64,000 nt of DNA from an uncultured bacterium (lineage in GTDB: Bacteria; Patescibacteriota; Microgenomatia; UBA1400; PJMF01): NCBI GenBank assembly GCA_903842795.1, contig CAIMNJ010000012.1:14180-78179 (forward strand), read 5' to 3'. This document shows, piece by piece, positions 55,524 to 64,000 of this stretch (within the stretch, counting starts at the first letter, position 1; each line of letters opens with the position of its first letter). The notes under the pieces were generated by a model. It searched no databases and was not told where the DNA came from. It was given only the letters and a program-made list of their open reading frames with translations. The translations under genes and the position numbers were made by a program.

Positions 55524-56641
55524 ATTTCTTTGGCCATTTTCTCAAAGCTATATTGACCAGCCACTTTCAAACCTTGCTCGATAATTTTTTTACGATCTGC
55601 AAGCTCCAGATTTTCTAAAGTTTTTATGAAGCTTTCACAAGAATTTGGATCAAAAAACAAGGCAGCGTCTTGGTAAATTTCTCTAAAAATTTCGATATCT
55701 GATGCCAGGACTGGTGTGTGACTCGCCATAGCTTCTACGCCAGTTAAGCCAAATCCCTCTGAGAAAGATGGTTGAACTAAAGCCATCGATTCTTGATAAA
55801 GTTGAACAAGTTTTTCGTCTGGCACATAGCCAAGTAGCTCAACTTGTTTTTTGACTTTATAGTGCGAAATCATTGTTTGGACTTGATCTTGAAAAATATT
55901 TCTAGAAGAAACAATGAGTAATTTGTATTTAGGTAATTTACTGAGGCTTTTGATAATCAATTTAAGGTTTTTGTGCGGATAAAGCGAGCCAGTATAAATC
56001 AACTGTTTCTTAGTTCTCTTGTTAGTTTCAGTTTTCTCTTTAATCGTTTTTTCGTAGGTTTTAGCAATGCCCTCTTTGGCGATAATGATTTTATTTTTAG
56101 CAAAAGGATAATATTTTAAAATTGTTTTTTTGATTGTTTCTGCTGGCACAAAAATAACTGTAGCTTTTTTGATCGCCTTTTTGCTAATGCGACGATAAGC
56201 TAAGTATTTCAGTAAATATTGCCAAGATTTAAGAGTGGTCGCTTTAGTGCCTTTTTGTTCATGCCAAAGAAGGTCGTGGATGGTAATTGCCAATCTACCA
56301 CGATAAGAAATCGGCACATTCCAATGAGGAACGTAGAGCAAATCCAATTTGGCTTGATTGTAAAATTTTGGCAAAATGAATTGTTCTTTTAAGCCATAGT
56401 GCTTGATGCCAGTAATAACAACTTCAATATTGATGGCATTGAAAGACTGACCGAGGACGTTTTTGGCCTGTTCTAGGTCGAAAAAAAATAAAATAAATTT
56501 AATTTCAACTTTATTATATTTTTGAAGAGAAAAATCAATTAATTTGTGGATTAGATTTTCACTATAACGACCAATGCCGGCATGCTTTATGCCGGAAAGT
56601 CGAGCGTCAATGCCAATTCTAAAGGTTTTTTTAACGGCCAT
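55496..56641 (-). CDS. Glycosyltransferase family 4
   Basis: 381 aa with …SFSEGFGLTGVEAMASHTPVLASD…. Confidence 0.7.
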   Translation of the reverse strand: MAVKKTFRIGIDARLSGIKHAGIGRYSENLIHKLIDFSLQKYNKVEIKFILFFFDLEQAKNVLGQSFNAINIEVVITGIKHYGLKEQFILPKFYNQAKLDLLYVPHWNVPISYRGRLAITIHDLLWHEQKGTKATTLKSWQYLLKYLAYRRISKKAIKKATVIFVPAETIKKTILKYYPFAKNKIIIAKEGIAKTYEKTIKEKTETNKRTKKQLIYTGSLYPHKNLKLIIKSLSKLPKYKLLIVSSRNIFQDQVQTMISHYKVKKQVELLGYVPDEKLVQLYQESMALVQPSFSEGFGLTGVEAMASHTPVLASDIEIFREIYQDAALFFDPNSCESFIKTLENLELADRKKIIEQGLKVAGQYSFEKMAKEIWQQLLKQL

Positions 56642-57521
56642 CTGTTTTGATTAAGACGAAATATTTCACTATTTCTCTTAAGAATTTAGGATATTTATCT
56701 TTGTAATGCTTATCATAGTATTGCAACATGGTTTTGTAAAAATATTGCTGAGTGATGGAAGCAGTTTTTTTGTTGCTACTTTTGATGCCAGATTTATTTT
56801 TGTAGTGAATGATCTTAATTTTTGGATAAAAAATAATTTTATAACCAGCATCACGGAAACGTTTGCACCAATCTAAATCTTCGGCGTACATGAAAAAACC
56901 TTCATCAAGCATGCCAACTTTTTTGATGGCGTTGTTTCTAACGATCATGGCAGCCCCTGTGCAAGCATCAATCTCATGAATTTCTGCCATATTTTTGTAA
57001 CTTTGGTGATATTGAGCAAAAAATTTTACCTTTGGGAAAAGATCTTCTAATTTGGCAAAATAAGTAAAACTGGCCCAAGGAGTCGGTTCTCCGCGGTGGG
57101 AAGCCTGATCTAAGCTGCCGTCGCCCAATTCAACTTTTGGAGTCGCTACAGCCACTTCTGAGTTTTGATCCATGTAGCTGATGATTTCATCTAGATTTGA
57201 TTGGTTATTTGGTAGAAATTCAGTGTCACTATTAAGTAGCATAATGTAACGAGCATTATTGTTTTTTATGGCAACGTTGTTACCAAAAGCAAAGCCACCA
57301 TTTCTGCCTGATTCGATGGTAGTAGCCCAAGTAAAATCTTTATGCATTAACTTAACTGAATCATCGGTGCTGTCATTATCAACCACTATCAATTCAACCT
57401 TATACTTACTTTTGTCCATGTAATTTTCTTTTAGCGTGGGTAAAAGTTTTTTGAGCCAAAATTGACCGTTATAGTTTAGAACAATGATGCTTAAATCCAT
57501 TTGTTTTTTATTTTTTTGCAT
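56631..57521 (-). CDS. Glycosyltransferase family 2
   Basis: 296 aa with …LSIIVLNYNGQ…LIVVDNDSTDDS… and DxD-like (LNSD) motifs. Confidence 0.7.
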   Translation of the reverse strand: MQKNKKQMDLSIIVLNYNGQFWLKKLLPTLKENYMDKSKYKVELIVVDNDSTDDSVKLMHKDFTWATTIESGRNGGFAFGNNVAIKNNNARYIMLLNSDTEFLPNNQSNLDEIISYMDQNSEVAVATPKVELGDGSLDQASHRGEPTPWASFTYFAKLEDLFPKVKFFAQYHQSYKNMAEIHEIDACTGAAMIVRNNAIKKVGMLDEGFFMYAEDLDWCKRFRDAGYKIIFYPKIKIIHYKNKSGIKSSNKKTASITQQYFYKTMLQYYDKHYKDKYPKFLREIVKYFVLIKTDGR

Positions 57522-58707
57522 AGTTACCTATTTCTTGATAAATTCTATCTAATTTCTGGGAAATTAAATCCCAGTCATAATTTTGAGCAACAAATTCTTT
57601 GCCATTTTCTGAAAGTTTTTGCCAAAGATTTTTATCATTAAGCACCTTGACTGTCAAATCAGCTAGAACATCAGCTTCATTGCTGGTCAAGACGTGCTGG
57701 CCGTCAATGACATCCAAACCTTCTACGGCTATTTTACTCGCAACTACGGGTGTTCCGCTAGCCATGGCTTCTAGAATCTTGTATCGAGTCCCTTTGCCGC
57801 TAAAAACAGGAGCCAATAGGACATGGGCGCTTTGAAAAGCGTCGCGTATATCTTCTACTCTACCAGCAACAGTAATTTGTGAATCATTTTGGCCATAAGC
57901 AATAACTTTATTGGTCGGAGCATTGCCAACAATCAATAAATTAACGTTGTTTACCTTATTTTTAATTGCTGGCCAAATTTTTTCTACCAAAAAATCAACT
58001 GCTTCGATATTTGGAAGCCATTTAAAAGTGCCAACTGATAAAATTGTTGGTTTACTTGAAAGCTGACGCTGCTTTTCTGCAAACCATTTAGTGTCTACTC
58101 CATTTGCAACCACATCAATTTTTTCTTTATCTAATTCTTTGGAAATAAATTGCCTATCTTCTTCGCTCATAACGATAAGACGTTCAGCTTTTTGCCAATA
58201 ATGCTTTTCCCATCTGCCAATTTTTCTAACATCAATATTAAGCAAAGGTCGTAAAAACCACGGGGCTTTTTTGGCGTAACTTTCGTAACCTAAATATTCA
58301 ATTGTTTGTTCAACCAAAATAATAGGAATTTGACATTCTGGAATATGAGGCATCATGTAAAAAGTTTCAGCATGAATCAGGTCGTATTTTTCTTTAGCAA
58401 TTTCTTCTTTGACAGCTTCCAAACTGCCTTCTGCTTGATTACGAATAACTAAGAAAGGGAAATTGGAAGTGACTGTTTTAAGAACGTTTTTTAGAGTAAA
58501 GGGTTTTTCACTACGTTTAAAAACTCTTACCTTGTAACAATATTTCTCTAATTCTTGAACATATTGTTTTTCTTCTTCATTTTTGATCAAAGAGAAAAGA
58601 GTGATTTGATGTTTAGTACTGAGTTTTTTAAGTAAGTTGTAAGTACGAATTTGACCGCCAGAAAGCAACGGATAAGGTAAATAAGGAGTGAGCATTAAAA
58701 TTTTCAT
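57508..58707 (-). CDS. Glycosyltransferase family 4
   Basis: 399 aa with …VFSGKGTRYKILEAMASGTPVVAS…. Confidence 0.7.
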   Translation of the reverse strand: MKILMLTPYLPYPLLSGGQIRTYNLLKKLSTKHQITLFSLIKNEEEKQYVQELEKYCYKVRVFKRSEKPFTLKNVLKTVTSNFPFLVIRNQAEGSLEAVKEEIAKEKYDLIHAETFYMMPHIPECQIPIILVEQTIEYLGYESYAKKAPWFLRPLLNIDVRKIGRWEKHYWQKAERLIVMSEEDRQFISKELDKEKIDVVANGVDTKWFAEKQRQLSSKPTILSVGTFKWLPNIEAVDFLVEKIWPAIKNKVNNVNLLIVGNAPTNKVIAYGQNDSQITVAGRVEDIRDAFQSAHVLLAPVFSGKGTRYKILEAMASGTPVVASKIAVEGLDVIDGQHVLTSNEADVLADLTVKVLNDKNLWQKLSENGKEFVAQNYDWDLISQKLDRIYQEIGNYAKK

Positions 58708-60140
58708 GGTTTTGGTGCTTTCAAGTCGATGATGATAACGTCGTTATTCTTGATTATAGTTTGGTATTTTTCTTCCAAAGCTTTGGCTTCCCAATCGTAA
58801 TTGGCGCTAACATAAGCACTAGCTCCTTTTTTGATTTTGTCTTCAATTTCAAAACCAATTGGCCAGCCACGACGGTTGGTTTGGAAAAGAAATTGAGTGT
58901 CACCCATGGCAGGAGCAATTACTAGGGCATCGTGGGCAATTTTTTTATCAGCGATTTGTCCAGCTTTAATGTATTCCCAATGATTAACACTAAAATAACC
59001 AGCAATTTGCTGCCAAGAAAAAAACAATCCACCCAAAGCAAAACAAAAAATAATTGGCCAAGCTATCTTTTTTGATAGTTTCTCATTAATGACAACAATG
59101 CCACGGGCTACAGATATTGCCACAATTGGCAAAATAAAATTTTGATAGTAATCGTGTTGAACATTGCCGGTAGCAATAACGATAAAGTAAAGTAAAACAG
59201 CTAACCACCAGGCAGCATAAAGATAAAAGTCTTGGCCTTTTTTCCACAAATTGCTTAGCAAAAAGACCAAGCCGAAGTAGCCTAAAAAAAGCTTGCTAAG
59301 TCGCTCATAAAATAACCAGCGAAACCAAGCCGGACGGAAACGAATATCATTACCATTAAAAAGCCAATCTGAAACAGGAATTCCACTTGGAAAATTTTTA
59401 ATCCATTCACGCCACAATAGCATGGGTGTAAAAGCTAAGACCGGTAAAAGATAAATCAATGGATTTTTCCAGATTTTGTTTTGGCGGAATTGCCAAATGA
59501 TAACCAAGTAAACTGGCGCTAGAAAAACAACAAATGGTTTTAGTAGAGCCGCTAAAGCTAGGTTAATTATGGAAAATAAGTAATGAGACAAGTTTCTTTT
59601 TTTAGCAAACAAATAAAATTGCCAAATTGATAAAGTTGAAAAGAATAGAAAATATGGTTCCGGCAGAATTACTCTGGAGTAGTAAATGCTATATGGTAAG
59701 AGAGTGTAAACAAGAGCTGTTAGAAGTGCGGTTTTGGTGCCAGAAAATTCTTTTACTAATTTATAGAGTACTAAAATTGTACCAAGAGAAATAAAAACAG
59801 AAGATAGGCGACTAAAGAGCACTAAGTCTAGGTTTTTGAAAGTACGCAAGAAAATAGCCAAGAAGGCATTAACGAAAGGAAATTCCACCATACGATAACC
59901 ATCAAGATTGTCTAACCCAGATTGAATATTGGAAAGATCTTGGTAATGTGGTCGCAACAAGTCAATTTTATCTGCTTTAACATATTCTCTGGTTACAGAG
60001 GCTGTGTCGGCTTGACGAAAAGAATGCCAGTCAGCAACAGGGTTGTTTATCTTGTAAAGACGAACAAAAAAAGCTAGTAACAGAATCAAGCTTAAATATG
60101 AAGCTGGCTGATTAAGAGCCTTTTTTAGTTTTTTTAACAT
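58704..60140 (-). CDS. GT-C membrane glycosyltransferase (GT39/ArnT/PMT-like)
   Basis: 478 aa, about 11 TM helices, with an N-terminal …FFVRLYKINNPVADWHSFRQADTASVTREYV… typical of the ArnT/PMT family. Confidence 0.5.
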   Translation of the reverse strand: MLKKLKKALNQPASYLSLILLLAFFVRLYKINNPVADWHSFRQADTASVTREYVKADKIDLLRPHYQDLSNIQSGLDNLDGYRMVEFPFVNAFLAIFLRTFKNLDLVLFSRLSSVFISLGTILVLYKLVKEFSGTKTALLTALVYTLLPYSIYYSRVILPEPYFLFFSTLSIWQFYLFAKKRNLSHYLFSIINLALAALLKPFVVFLAPVYLVIIWQFRQNKIWKNPLIYLLPVLAFTPMLLWREWIKNFPSGIPVSDWLFNGNDIRFRPAWFRWLFYERLSKLFLGYFGLVFLLSNLWKKGQDFYLYAAWWLAVLLYFIVIATGNVQHDYYQNFILPIVAISVARGIVVINEKLSKKIAWPIIFCFALGGLFFSWQQIAGYFSVNHWEYIKAGQIADKKIAHDALVIAPAMGDTQFLFQTNRRGWPIGFEIEDKIKKGASAYVSANYDWEAKALEEKYQTIIKNNDVIIIDLKAPKP

Positions 60141-61707
60141 GATTATTGTAAGCTAGGATAGCTCCAGCTAAAGCCCAGTAAGTAAAAGCAACTTTAGATG
60201 AAGCAAAAACATCAATATATGTAGCATTTAAAAGTAAACCAATTGAGGCTGCAGTAAAAGCAATATTAATAACTTTTAGTTGATTGAGTTTCTCCCCTTT
60301 TTGATTTTGATAAAGAATTATCAATAAAGTAATAATTGCTCCATAAAAACTAATTAAACCAAGTAAACCTGTTTCTCCAAGAGTACGTAAGAAATTATTG
60401 TCGGTACTTTCAGCCTCGGTAAATTGATAAAATTCTTTTTTGTTTAAGGTGGCATATCCAGAGCCAAGTAAAGGATTTTTCATAAATCCATTGATGGCAT
60501 TTGGCCATAATTCATCTAGGCGAATAGCGAAGGATAAGCCGTATTTAATAGCATTTGCTGACCAAGTACGTGGTCTTTCTTCGTAAACAATTGCTCCAGC
60601 GGTGGCCACAGCAACCTTTTCTGGAATATCCACATAGACATCAATTGGCTTGGTGACGACTGGTTGTTCATCAGTCGGAGTTAAGGTGTTGTCAAAAGCA
60701 ATGCCATTTTTTGGCTTTTTTGATTCCTGAATTTCTTTGATGCGAGCAATAGGATCTTTGAAGAAGCTTAATTGTTTGATAGTGAAATCTCTAGTTGTCT
60801 CATAATTTTTGTAAGTTTCCGGATAAGCGCGTAGAACTTGTTCAAAACGTTCACGCATATCTTCACCAAAAGAATACATGAGGATGGAAACCAGCAATAA
60901 ATAAGTAAAGCTTTTTTTGGCAAAGTAAAAAACTTTATTCAAAAATTTTTCTTTGGATAAAGAGAAAAGTAATATACCAACCAAAACTGCTCCTATGTAA
61001 GCAATGAAAGAAGTGCGAGAGGCACTCATTACCAGTAGCCACAAACCAACAACATGAACGAAGTGTAAGCCAAATCTTTGCCATTTATTTTTGATATTGA
61101 TTGCCAGCAAATAAAGAATTGGCAAAACGATAGTCAAATAAGCTGCTAAATCATAGTGACCACCAAAGGTAGATTGAACTCTGGCGTGCTCAGTTAGATA
61201 AAGAACAATGCCCTTACTAAATTCGCGGTTCATTGTTGAGAAAACTGGCCAATACCAATATCTCTGGCCATAACCATAGACGCTGACCGCCATTACCGTA
61301 AAAATCAAAGCATAGAGCACAACCTTAATGTCTTTAGGTTTTTTGATCGAAGAAAACATGATAAAAAACAAAGAAAAATATTCGGTGTAACGGAATAAAT
61401 GTAAAACAGATTTACCAACGTGAAGTAACTGTAACGGGATTGTTTTAATTAAAAATACGGCTGACAAGATAGATAAACTAGCTATACCTAAATAAGCAAA
61501 AATCCAAGGAGTTACCTTGTTTTTGAAATCAATTTTTTTCTTAAATAATAAGTACAAATAATAAATAAAAGCAAACAAGACTAATAGATCTTCTGCCCTC
61601 ATTCTAACGATGTATCCAGGCAGGATATCTAAAAGTGGAATTTTAGGAAAAAGTGGAATAAAAACCAAAAGAAAACTAGCAATAATTAGTAAAGAATTTT
61701 GTAACAT
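60112..61707 (-). CDS. Wzy/O-antigen ligase-like polytopic membrane protein
   Basis: 531 aa, many TM helices, with …LLVMSASRTSFIAYIGA… and a large extracytoplasmic loop. Confidence 0.45.
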   Translation of the reverse strand: MLQNSLLIIASFLLVFIPLFPKIPLLDILPGYIVRMRAEDLLVLFAFIYYLYLLFKKKIDFKNKVTPWIFAYLGIASLSILSAVFLIKTIPLQLLHVGKSVLHLFRYTEYFSLFFIMFSSIKKPKDIKVVLYALIFTVMAVSVYGYGQRYWYWPVFSTMNREFSKGIVLYLTEHARVQSTFGGHYDLAAYLTIVLPILYLLAINIKNKWQRFGLHFVHVVGLWLLVMSASRTSFIAYIGAVLVGILLFSLSKEKFLNKVFYFAKKSFTYLLLVSILMYSFGEDMRERFEQVLRAYPETYKNYETTRDFTIKQLSFFKDPIARIKEIQESKKPKNGIAFDNTLTPTDEQPVVTKPIDVYVDIPEKVAVATAGAIVYEERPRTWSANAIKYGLSFAIRLDELWPNAINGFMKNPLLGSGYATLNKKEFYQFTEAESTDNNFLRTLGETGLLGLISFYGAIITLLIILYQNQKGEKLNQLKVINIAFTAASIGLLLNATYIDVFASSKVAFTYWALAGAILAYNNHVKKTKKGS

Positions 61708-61711
61708 ACTT

Positions 61712-62704
61712 TTATTTAAGCAGAGCTCTGGCGTCTTTGTAAATGGAAGCCGGCACTTCTTGACGCATAATTGTATAAATAATTTGGCGAAGTACCACGC
61801 CTTTCCATAAAATTAGTTTAAGGATTGGCAATTGCCAGGTTGGTTTATGTTTTTTCCAAATATATAAATAACCTTTAATTTCTCCATGAATGGCGTTGCG
61901 AGATGATGAGCTAGCGCAACCAAAATGAGTGATTTTGGCTTTAGGATGAATCGCAATATCCCAGTGATGGTTACGAGCACGCATGCAGTATTCTTGATCT
62001 TCACCATACATAAAAATATTTCCATCCAGCATACCAATGTCGTCGATCATTTCTCGGCGAATCATCATAGCGGTGCCGGCAATCCAACCTTTGGAAATTA
62101 GGGCTGGCGTATTTTCATCATAGCTTTGGAAGGCAAAATCACTCATACCAGTGTGCTGAGTAGAGGGAAAAAATTTACCAATAAATGGAATATCATCTAA
62201 GAATAGCATTTGTGAAGCGACCGTCATTAGACTTGGTAATGATCCTCCTTGATTTTGAATACTGCCGTCTGGATTAAGCAGAGTTGGGGCGATCATGCCT
62301 AATTTGTCTAGCTCAGTGCTATTTTTGGAATTAGCGGTGATTTCACCAATGCCATTATTATCCATCGCTTCTACCAAAAGACTGAGCCCGCCTTTTTGAG
62401 TAATAGTGTCTGAATTAAGTAGGATAATATATTGACCTTTAGCAACTTCAGTTGCCTGGTTATTGGCACGAGCAAAGCCTAAATTTTCTTTGTTAGCAAA
62501 AACTTTGTAGTGAGGAAATTTGAGTTTTTTAAATAATTCTTCACAGGCTTTAGGTGAGCCATCTTTGGAGTCGTTATCTACCACAAAGATTTCAGTTTGA
62601 TCCTTTAGATTCTTGGAGGAGTTAATTTCTTTGATTGCTGTTTCCAGAGTTTGTAGCGTTAATTCTTTAGTATTGTAGGAAACGGTAATAATAGAGAGTT
62701 TCAT
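61712..62704 (-). CDS. Glycosyltransferase family 2
   Basis: 330 aa, MKLSIITVSYNTKELT…FVVDNDSKDGS…ILLNSDT…. Confidence 0.7.
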   Translation of the reverse strand: MKLSIITVSYNTKELTLQTLETAIKEINSSKNLKDQTEIFVVDNDSKDGSPKACEELFKKLKFPHYKVFANKENLGFARANNQATEVAKGQYIILLNSDTITQKGGLSLLVEAMDNNGIGEITANSKNSTELDKLGMIAPTLLNPDGSIQNQGGSLPSLMTVASQMLFLDDIPFIGKFFPSTQHTGMSDFAFQSYDENTPALISKGWIAGTAMMIRREMIDDIGMLDGNIFMYGEDQEYCMRARNHHWDIAIHPKAKITHFGCASSSSRNAIHGEIKGYLYIWKKHKPTWQLPILKLILWKGVVLRQIIYTIMRQEVPASIYKDARALLK

Positions 62705-62727
62705 TTGAGTCCTTAAACTGCTTTTCT

Positions 62728-63369
62728 TTACTGAAAAAGTCTGGGGCGACCTAATTTGTAATTTAGATTTTTATTTTTGCGCTCACCAATTTCTTTGGCT
62801 GGCACACCGGCAACAATTTTCATTGTTTCAACATCCTTGGTAACTACTGAACCACCAGCAACAATTGCTCCCCGGCCAATTTTTACTCCAGGCATAATGA
62901 TGGAGCGTGGGCCAATAAAAACATAATCACCGATTTCCACTTCTTCTTCTATGGTGGCCATATTTTCAGAGTGAATGTCGTGTTGGCTTGTCCAAATCAT
63001 TACTTCAGAAGCTATATCAACATGATCACCGATTTTTAATCCTCCGTGTGAGTTTTTGAGTTGTCTGCGCCCATCTAATGTAGCTTTTTCGCCAATTAGT
63101 GTGCCCTCGCCAATTTCTATGCCATTTGGATAATAAATTCTGGCTCCCATATGAATGGTAGATTTAGAGCCAATTCGCATGCCTGCCAATCGATAACAAA
63201 ATTTACGAAATAAATGAGATGGAATAGCCCCCACAAACCACCATAAAAAGCCAGTAATTAACTCTAAATAGATGGTTCGTATACGTATTAAAATTTTTTC
63301 TAAAATTTCTGAAATTGATAAAATGTTGCCGTCTTTATCTGTAATTGCCATGACTTTAGTATACAACAC
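62728..63369 (-). CDS. Hexapeptide-repeat (left-handed beta-helix) sugar O-acetyltransferase
   Basis: 213 aa. The N-terminus is hydrophobic and imperfect [LIV]-G-x-x-x-x hexapeptide repeats follow (IGSKSTIHMGARIYYPNGIEIGEGTLIGEKATL…IGDHVDIASEVMI…IGDYVFIGPRSIIMPGVKIGRGAIVAGGSVV). Confidence 0.65.
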   Translation of the reverse strand: MLYTKVMAITDKDGNILSISEILEKILIRIRTIYLELITGFLWWFVGAIPSHLFRKFCYRLAGMRIGSKSTIHMGARIYYPNGIEIGEGTLIGEKATLDGRRQLKNSHGGLKIGDHVDIASEVMIWTSQHDIHSENMATIEEEVEIGDYVFIGPRSIIMPGVKIGRGAIVAGGSVVTKDVETMKIVAGVPAKEIGERKNKNLNYKLGRPRLFQ

Positions 63370-64000
63370 TAGTCTTGTTTAGGAAATTTAACTCCAAAAT
63401 GTTTATAGGCAGCTTCGCTCAAAACTCTACCTGATGGGCTGCGTTTGATAAAGCCAATTTGAATTAAATACGGCTCTAAAACTTCTTCGATGGTGCCAGG
63501 ATCTTCATTGATGGAGGCTGATAAGGTTTTAAGACCAACTGGCCCACCATGGTGTTTTTCAATGATTGATTTAATGAGGCGGCGATCATTTTCATCTAGA
63601 CCCAATTCATCAATTTCAAAAATGCTCAAAGCTTGCTGTACCAAAGATAAATCAATACTTTTCTTTTCCAAAACTTGAGCAAAATCACGAACTCTCTTAA
63701 ATAATTTCAAAGCAATGCGAGGTGTTCCTCTAGAGCGTGTAGCAATGGCATTGGCAGCCTCCGCATCTAAGGTGGTGCCTAACTTTTGACTGGCAGCTTG
63801 CAAAATTTTTCCTAATTCTAGCGGTTTATAGAATTCAACTCGATGAATCAACCCAAAACGATCTCGGAAAGGTCCAGTCAGTAGTCCAAAACGAGTGGTG
63901 GCTCCAACTAGAGTGAATTTGGCTAAATCTAGACGTACAGTGCGTGCCGAAGGTCCTTTACCAATAACTATATCCAAAGCAAAGTCTTCCATGGCAGGAT
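63369..64000 (-). CDS. ruvB: Holliday junction ATP-dependent DNA helicase RuvB, partial (N-terminus beyond window end)
   Basis: …ALDIVIGKGPSARTVRLDLAKFTLVGATTRFGLLTGPFRDRFGLIHRVEFY… (sensor 2 and winged helix). The frame stays open to 64000. Confidence 0.85.
   Translation of the reverse strand, partial: PAMEDFALDIVIGKGPSARTVRLDLAKFTLVGATTRFGLLTGPFRDRFGLIHRVEFYKPLELGKILQAASQKLGTTLDAEAANAIATRSRGTPRIALKLFKRVRDFAQVLEKKSIDLSLVQQALSIFEIDELGLDENDRRLIKSIIEKHHGGPVGLKTLSASINEDPGTIEEVLEPYLIQIGFIKRSPSGRVLSEAAYKHFGVKFPKQD

Overview
This window is a low-GC (roughly 35-40% by eye), gene-dense bacterial chromosomal segment with no rRNA, CRISPR array, integrase or transposase. Three tRNAs lie together at about 22.3-23.2 kb. 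Several traits suggest a streamlined or CPR-like lineage: a class I lysyl-tRNA synthetase, a two-gene split transketolase, a DUF4012 protein, a compact split cell-division cluster and a truncated recO. Most of the window is housekeeping:
- a partial glutamate dehydrogenase, greA, lysK with an HD-domain gene, serS, secA and mutM
- the split tkt, dnaE, gatCAB and htpX-lemA
- a surface-glycan mini-locus, lepB and truB
- murB-murA-mraY-ftsW-murG-ftsQ-ftsA-ftsZ on the plus strand, with mraZ-rsmH-ftsL-ftsI on the minus strand about 10 kb away
- ileS, rodA, rplU, a methyltransferase, rpmA, an orphan parB, glyQS and recO
- a 13-kb polysaccharide cluster (DUF4012, an initiating sugar transferase, manC, glycosyltransferases of families GT4 and GT2, a GT39-like membrane transferase, a Wzy-like protein, an acetyltransferase) and a partial ruvB

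The observations most worth a second look are:
1. A self-contained micro-gene between tRNA-Asp and tRNA-Gly, with its own promoter, a structured ~100-nt leader, a GAGGTG Shine-Dalgarno and a terminator. It encodes a 54-aa peptide built from two near-identical 25-aa His/Cys repeats (H-x-C-x8-C-x2-C-G) on a 75-bp DNA tandem repeat.
2. A 29-bp direct duplication of the tRNA-Gly 3' end lying 95 bp downstream, abutting tRNA-Thr, resembling an integration or excision scar.
3. A ~255-nt ileS leader with a strong promoter, an AUC-containing stem and an antiterminator/terminator pair around a UGGUACC bulge, i.e. a T-box-like Ile riboswitch candidate.
4. A tandem pair of 66-bp repeats, each holding a perfect 11-bp-arm palindrome, between recO and glyQS.

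All calls come from reading the sequence by eye; no searches were run.
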